Virus record (IMG/VR): IMGVR_UViG_3300032241_001240
Location: 1 to 62,864 of that record
Strand: one strand, 5' to 3'
Source: a virus
Lineage: Duplodnaviria > Caudoviricetes
DNA: 62,864 bases
Both the position numbers and the translations under genes were made by a program. Below the pieces are notes generated by a model, which had not been told where the DNA came from, did no database searches, and was given only the letters and a program-made list of their open reading frames with translations. Below are positions 58,089 through 62,864 of the stretch, piece by piece; the first letter of the stretch is position 1; each line of letters begins with the position of its first letter.

Positions 58089-58697
58089 ATGCATCCTATA
58101 GAACAAAGAATAATTGATATAACATATCAAGAAAAATTAAGCCATTTAAGCAGTGTGTTAAGTGCATGGCCTATTATACACGAAATATATAACGAAAAAG
58201 CAGAAGATGAGATATTTGTGTTAAGCAATGGCCACGCAGGATTGGCATTGTATTGCGAATTAGAATATAGATACGGTATTGATCCAGTCATGCTGCTGCA
58301 TAAACACGGAATACACCCCGGAAAAGATCTAGAGAACAAAATTTATTGCAGCACAGGAAGTTTAGGTAGTGGATTACCTATAGCTGTTGGTCATGCACTA
58401 GCTGATCGTTCAAAAAATGTTTATTGCATGATATCAGATGGTGAAGCAGCGGAAGGTAGCATTTGGGAAAGCCTGAGATTTATTAATACATCAAAACTTG
58501 ATAATTTACAGGTTTTTGTTAATGTTAACGGAATGAGCGCATACGAATACCTAGATGTAGATTATCTCATTCAACGTTTGTTGGTATTTTTGCCGTCTAT
58601 ACGAATAAGAATTTCTAAGCCTCCTGAATGGAATTTTGCCAAAGGATTGCTGTCGCATTATTATGTCCTTAAAGAAGAGGATTACAAACTATTATGA
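58089..58697 (+). CDS. Transketolase N-terminal (ThDP-binding) subunit
   Basis: SHLSS, LSNGHA, STGSLGSGL, SDGEAAEGSIWE..N. Confidence 0.9.
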   Translation: MHPIEQRIIDITYQEKLSHLSSVLSAWPIIHEIYNEKAEDEIFVLSNGHAGLALYCELEYRYGIDPVMLLHKHGIHPGKDLENKIYCSTGSLGSGLPIAVGHALADRSKNVYCMISDGEAAEGSIWESLRFINTSKLDNLQVFVNVNGMSAYEYLDVDYLIQRLLVFLPSIRIRISKPPEWNFAKGLLSHYYVLKEEDYKLL

Positions 58698-59176
58698 GAA
58701 AAGAATGTGCAGATTTACTTTTTAATTCGATGGCAGATAATGAGAAAATTGTGGTGCTCACAGCTGATCTTGGGTTCGGTCTGCTAGATCACATACGCGA
58801 CACATATTCTAACAGATTTTGGAATGTGGGAGCTGCAGAACAACTTTTGATTGGTGCAGGTATAGGATTAGCCGAATCTGGAAAGATTCCAATTTGTTAT
58901 AGTATGAGCAGTTTTATTTTATATCGTCCGTTTGAATTACTACGCAACTATCTAAATTACGAAAATATTCCAGTTAAATTAATCGGTAGTGGTAGAGATC
59001 GAGATTACTCGCACGACGGCATAAGCCATTGGGCACACGATGACGAAAATGTGTTACAAGCACTACCTAATATAGAGATTTACAAACCAAAAGATTTGAG
59101 AGATTTAGCAGAGAGTTGGCCCAGTTTTTTATTCAACAATAAACCATCTTATCTTAATTTAACGAGGAAAATATGA
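58694..59176 (+). CDS. Transketolase pyrimidine-binding subunit (short)
   Basis: LTADLG, NVGAAEQ, G.SH, P.YL.L. Confidence 0.88.
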   Translation: MRKECADLLFNSMADNEKIVVLTADLGFGLLDHIRDTYSNRFWNVGAAEQLLIGAGIGLAESGKIPICYSMSSFILYRPFELLRNYLNYENIPVKLIGSGRDRDYSHDGISHWAHDDENVLQALPNIEIYKPKDLRDLAESWPSFLFNNKPSYLNLTRKI

Positions 59177-60123
59177 ATACCAAAGTAGTTTATATAGCTG
59201 GTTGTCTTGGATTTATAGGTGGATATGTTACACGTACCTGTTTGATGCGAGGGTGGCAGGTTATGGGCGTAGATTGTCAAACTTATGCAGCGAATAAAGA
59301 TCTACTTAACGAGTTCGATCAATATAAAAATTTTACCTTTTGTAATAAAAATATTAACGATCTCAATATGTTATACGACTGCGATTATATTTTGAATTTG
59401 GCCGCGGAAACACATGTTGATAATAGTATAACAGGTAGTACCGAGTTTATTCGCAGCAATATTGACGGAGTACACAATTTATTGCAGTTGATACAAAACA
59501 AACATCGTTTTAAAATGCCAATGCTTGTGCATTTTTCTACCGATGAGGTCTATGGAGACTCTGTAGAAAAAGGATTTGACGAAACTCAACTATTAAGACC
59601 TAGTAACCCATATTCGGCGACTAAATCTGCAGCAGATATGCTGATAACCGCTTGGCACAGGACTTACGGAGTACCATATCTCATTGTAAGGCCAAGTAAT
59701 AATTACGGTGTTGGTCAGTATATAGAAAAATTTATTCCAAAAAGTATACAATATCTATCATTAGGAAAACGAGTACCGTTGCACGAACACGGTACTCCTC
59801 GCAGAACCTGGCTACATGCACAAGATACAGCAGATGCGGTAATGTTACTGTTAGAAACAGGTGCAGAAAATGAAATTTACAATATTTCTGGAAATTATGA
59901 AGATAGCAATCTAAATATTTTTAAGAAAATACTGCATTGTATGAGTTTTAATCCAGACAATTATCTTGATTATGTAGATTTTTCTGTTATGAGACCAGGG
60001 CAAGATGTTAGGTATAGCATAGATGATACCAAGCTTAGAAATCTAGGTTGGACTAACAAAAAGATCTTTGACAAAGAATTGTCAGAAATTGTAGATTATC
60101 ACAGAACGAGGTTCATCTGGTGA
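59173..60123 (+). CDS. rmlB: dTDP-glucose 4,6-dehydratase (RmlB/RfbB-like)
   Basis: GCLGFIG, TYAA, AAETHVDNS, STDEVYG, PYSATK, NNYG, RPGQD.RY. Confidence 0.9.
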   Translation: MNTKVVYIAGCLGFIGGYVTRTCLMRGWQVMGVDCQTYAANKDLLNEFDQYKNFTFCNKNINDLNMLYDCDYILNLAAETHVDNSITGSTEFIRSNIDGVHNLLQLIQNKHRFKMPMLVHFSTDEVYGDSVEKGFDETQLLRPSNPYSATKSAADMLITAWHRTYGVPYLIVRPSNNYGVGQYIEKFIPKSIQYLSLGKRVPLHEHGTPRRTWLHAQDTADAVMLLLETGAENEIYNISGNYEDSNLNIFKKILHCMSFNPDNYLDYVDFSVMRPGQDVRYSIDDTKLRNLGWTNKKIFDKELSEIVDYHRTRFIW

Positions 60124-60833
60124 ATATTGCGTTACAACTTAGTGGTAGATTGAGATTCACAGAAGCAAGCTTATCTAGTCTTATCGGTGCTATAATTGAA
60201 CCTCTTAGGCCAGATATATTTTTTAGTTTTTGGAATCCAGAACAACTGTCTACATTATACTATTATAAACAGGTACTTGAGCCAAAACTTGTTGAGGTCG
60301 AAAATCAAAATATCATAAAATCTTACCTCGACGATTTGTTTCATTTTAATGTACATAAAAATATGCCATCTATGAGTTATAAATTTTATCGCGTTAGTCA
60401 ACTGCGAAAATCATGGGAAATAGCAACCGGAACAAATTATGATTTAGTGATTCAAGCACGCAGCGATAATATATTTTATGAAAAACTTGATTTAGAGAGA
60501 TGTAATCGTGCAATTGAGGAAAATGCAATACTTTGCGCTAACCAAGGTTATAATCAAATAATAGACGATTATATACCGCAGCCTAGAATGGTAGACAATT
60601 TTTATCTTGGTCCAACATCACTAGTTGATCAAGCAAATGAAACTTTTTGGCAACTTAGATATCAAGCACAAGAATGGACAGAAAAAGGAATGCTGCATCA
60701 AGTAAGAATTCCAGAAATCATTCAATCTAAGATATGGCAAGATTCTGGTATAAAAATTAGAGGATTACCCGGTAGTGGGCATGTTGGTAATTTTTGGTAT
60801 GACATTGATAGATCGGAGACTAAGTGGAAATGA
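60120..60833 (+). CDS. Hypothetical protein of the glycan cluster (IALQLSG..R, RSD; putative GT)
   Basis: Coupled ORF in the operon. Confidence 0.6.
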   Translation: MNIALQLSGRLRFTEASLSSLIGAIIEPLRPDIFFSFWNPEQLSTLYYYKQVLEPKLVEVENQNIIKSYLDDLFHFNVHKNMPSMSYKFYRVSQLRKSWEIATGTNYDLVIQARSDNIFYEKLDLERCNRAIEENAILCANQGYNQIIDDYIPQPRMVDNFYLGPTSLVDQANETFWQLRYQAQEWTEKGMLHQVRIPEIIQSKIWQDSGIKIRGLPGSGHVGNFWYDIDRSETKWK

Positions 60834-61780
60834 AATTATTATTTGTTGTTCATAGATACGGATATCCTGGCGGTAGTGAACAATACACAAAATCAATGGC
60901 CGAAGAAAGTCTACGCCGAGGTCACACCGTAGCTGTTTTTGCCGGAGAACATACTGGGGATATAAATGGTATTCATGTAACCAATAATACCAATATACTT
61001 GCTGCAAACTGGGATCTTATAATTGTCCACGGTGGAGACGTGGCTGTACAAAATTTTGTATTATCGAATGCAAAAAATATACCTAGCCCTATTTTGTATT
61101 TAATTGTGCTACCTAGCACCACAGATGTTTGTATTAAAGCATTACAAGATTGTGCATTTATAGGATGTAGTACACGGCAAGATTGGATACATTGTGAAAA
61201 ATATGGTGTAACGAACAAGGCAGTAAATGTAAGACACGGAATTGCATGGCAAGATTGCATGGGGAAATCTGGGTTTAAAGTTAAACACGGAATAACCGGT
61301 AAAATGTTTTTGAGTTGTGGTGGTTATTGGCCGAACAAAGCAATGAAAGAACTTGCTACTGTATTTGAAATTTGTAATCCACAAAATGCCACTTTAGTAA
61401 CAACCGGGTACGATAATCGAATGAATCTCATGCCAACTCATTCATCTCTCGTTAGACCAATGTTGATCAATAATCGAGAAGAAGTTTTATCAGCAATATA
61501 CGATGCAGATTGTTTGTTGATGCACAGTTATCAAGAAGGGTTTGGTCTTGTATTATTAGAAGCAATGTTGAATCAAACACCGTGGATAGCTCGAAAAATT
61601 GCAGGAGCCGAGTTGATGCAGCAATATGGTTGTACATACGAAAGTGACGCAGAACTTATATTTCACATTCGCACGTTTAATCGCAATGATTTTGATATTA
61701 AAGGCGCTTACGATTATGTCTGTGCAAATCATTTGATCTCACACACAATAGACGATATTGAATTAATCACAAAGTTGTGA
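60830..61780 (+). CDS. GT4-family (GT-B) glycosyltransferase
   Basis: GGSE, K, EGFGLVLLEAM....P.IA. Confidence 0.85.
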   Translation: MKLLFVVHRYGYPGGSEQYTKSMAEESLRRGHTVAVFAGEHTGDINGIHVTNNTNILAANWDLIIVHGGDVAVQNFVLSNAKNIPSPILYLIVLPSTTDVCIKALQDCAFIGCSTRQDWIHCEKYGVTNKAVNVRHGIAWQDCMGKSGFKVKHGITGKMFLSCGGYWPNKAMKELATVFEICNPQNATLVTTGYDNRMNLMPTHSSLVRPMLINNREEVLSAIYDADCLLMHSYQEGFGLVLLEAMLNQTPWIARKIAGAELMQQYGCTYESDAELIFHIRTFNRNDFDIKGAYDYVCANHLISHTIDDIELITKL

Positions 61781-61781
61781 A

Positions 61782-62468
61782 TTATAAATCAACTGCATCG
61801 AATAATTCTAATGGATGTATTTTTCCACAAAATTCATTTGGAATCCACTTGTCATCTTCTTTTTTGAACCAAGTTACAAAACTCAAGATTAAATGTATTC
61901 TCGAAATAGAACTAGGTTCTGCAGTGAAAACACGATGATATTGACTTTGGTCAAATGCATAAACGTTTCCGGGTTCTAAGAAAAAATCTAGTTGATTTTC
62001 CATTTGAAAACGATAAGATTGACTGCTGATAATCGGAACTATAACACGCAACACCTCAAAAGGTGTTTCATCTTTATGCCAGTTGTTTATATTATATTCA
62101 GGCAATGTTCTTCCATCTAAACATCCAATTTTACACCTAACCAAACAAAAATTTCCAAGATCGTCTAACAAATCTTGTTCTATTAATTGATCATACTGCA
62201 AAGTATCTTGATAATCTTGCCTATTACCGTGATTACCGCACAACTGTTTTGTATATGGCTGTAACGAACAATACCTATTATAGTGAAGACCAGTGCCTGT
62301 ATAATATGCAGCATTGGGCCATGTATGATGCTCAACAGATTCCCAATAGGTTATTACCTTATTGATTAATTCTGTCTTTACCAAAGGTCTTGATAATATC
62401 TTGTTATGTTTCCATGGTATAGATTTGAATTTATAGATTTTTTTCAAACTTTTAAAAACAGTCACCAA
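61782..62468 (-). CDS. 2OG-Fe(II) oxygenase (AspH-like)
   Basis: WHKDE...RV.VPI...LEPG..Y.FD....HRV......RIHL. Confidence 0.72.
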   Translation of the reverse strand: MVTVFKSLKKIYKFKSIPWKHNKILSRPLVKTELINKVITYWESVEHHTWPNAAYYTGTGLHYNRYCSLQPYTKQLCGNHGNRQDYQDTLQYDQLIEQDLLDDLGNFCLVRCKIGCLDGRTLPEYNINNWHKDETPFEVLRVIVPIISSQSYRFQMENQLDFFLEPGNVYAFDQSQYHRVFTAEPSSISRIHLILSFVTWFKKEDDKWIPNEFCGKIHPLELFDAVDL

Positions 62469-62864
62469 TATCCGCCTTTGGCACTGCTGCTAGGTGCCCT
62501 ACAACTCCAGTATCGAGCAGTTTTCGGATCTTTTGCTGTAGAACAATGATGTCTAGCTGCAAAGCTTTTCCTTCGTGATGCGCTGCCTTTCCTGATACGC
62601 AGTTTGCTACCATGAGGACTGCCAAACTCAACCTTTTTAGCTATAACATGCCCTTCTTTATCCTTGCGACCGCTGTTCACATATACCTTATGACGTTTCG
62701 AGTCACCTTTCATTACCTTACGTAATGGTACGGTTCTCCCAGCATATACCGCTTCTTCCACGGTGTCCCTGCCGTCCTCGATCCACCCATAGCGCAGGAA
62801 AAACCTGTCATCATCATCATATTGTTCATCCAACACGGTAGTGGATTCATTCAAGGTGTTGTAG
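62462..62864 (-). CDS. Basic putative head-internal protein (5' end probably outside window)
   Basis: KVYV...KKV.FG, RRKSFAARHHC..AKD...ARYWSC; frame open to the window edge. Confidence 0.65.
   Translation of the reverse strand, partial: YNTLNESTTVLDEQYDDDDRFFLRYGWIEDGRDTVEEAVYAGRTVPLRKVMKGDSKRHKVYVNSGRKDKEGHVIAKKVEFGSPHGSKLRIRKGSASRRKSFAARHHCSTAKDPKTARYWSCRAPSSSAKGGYW

Noticed and set aside
58089-59176. Transketolase as a pentose-phosphate auxiliary metabolic gene
   Set aside because: It is short, split, lacks the C-terminal domain and is embedded among NDP-sugar genes, which fits sugar-branching chemistry better.
1-62864. Stop-codon reassignment, as seen in some jumbo phages
   Set aside because: Code 11 gives full-length conserved genes and dense packing, and TAA, TGA and TAG all end genes.
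1-62864. tRNA genes, CRISPR arrays, DGR repeats, IS elements
   Set aside because: Intergenic gaps are short, and none showed cloverleaf, repeat-spacer, reverse transcriptase or transposase signatures by eye. A covariance-model search was not possible.

Overview
This 62.9-kb, AT-rich, densely coding window comes from a large, distantly T4-related myovirus (jumbo-phage-like) read in standard code 11. No tRNA, rRNA or CRISPR array was seen. Gene content (Usg, HesB/IscA and a TDGRHA-type CCA enzyme) points to an alphaproteobacterial host. Left to right it holds: a partial beta-helix virion protein, a CCA-adding enzyme, a PD-(D/E)XK nuclease and a block of putative head-internal/ejection proteins. 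A replication/recombination block follows (gp41 helicase, primase, a ~200-aa miniature DnaE-like protein, gp62-like protein, UvsW, UvsY, UvsX, gp32), then packaging and morphogenesis genes (TerL, TerS-like, gp4, tube, sheath, gp13/14/15, GH19 lysin) and a ~9-kb glycosylation/nucleotide-sugar operon. Main findings: (1) two essential genes, recA/uvsX and terL, are each broken into two genes joined by a naturally split intein. The RecA halves flank a Vsr-like endonuclease whose RBS is locked in a 14-bp hairpin with a late promoter in the loop; the TerL intein is atypically split inside Walker A. (2) A ~200-aa protein keeps the DnaE catalytic motifs. (3) A second, truncated CCA-family enzyme has an altered templating motif and is fused into the neck operon. 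(4) Eukaryote-type glycosyltransferases and 2OG-Fe(II) hydroxylases co-occur with an extensin-like Pro/Cys-rich virion protein, suggesting a virion glycosylation system. (5) Shared targeting and cleavage motifs occur across many putative head-internal proteins. All family assignments come from motif recognition by eye, not database searches.
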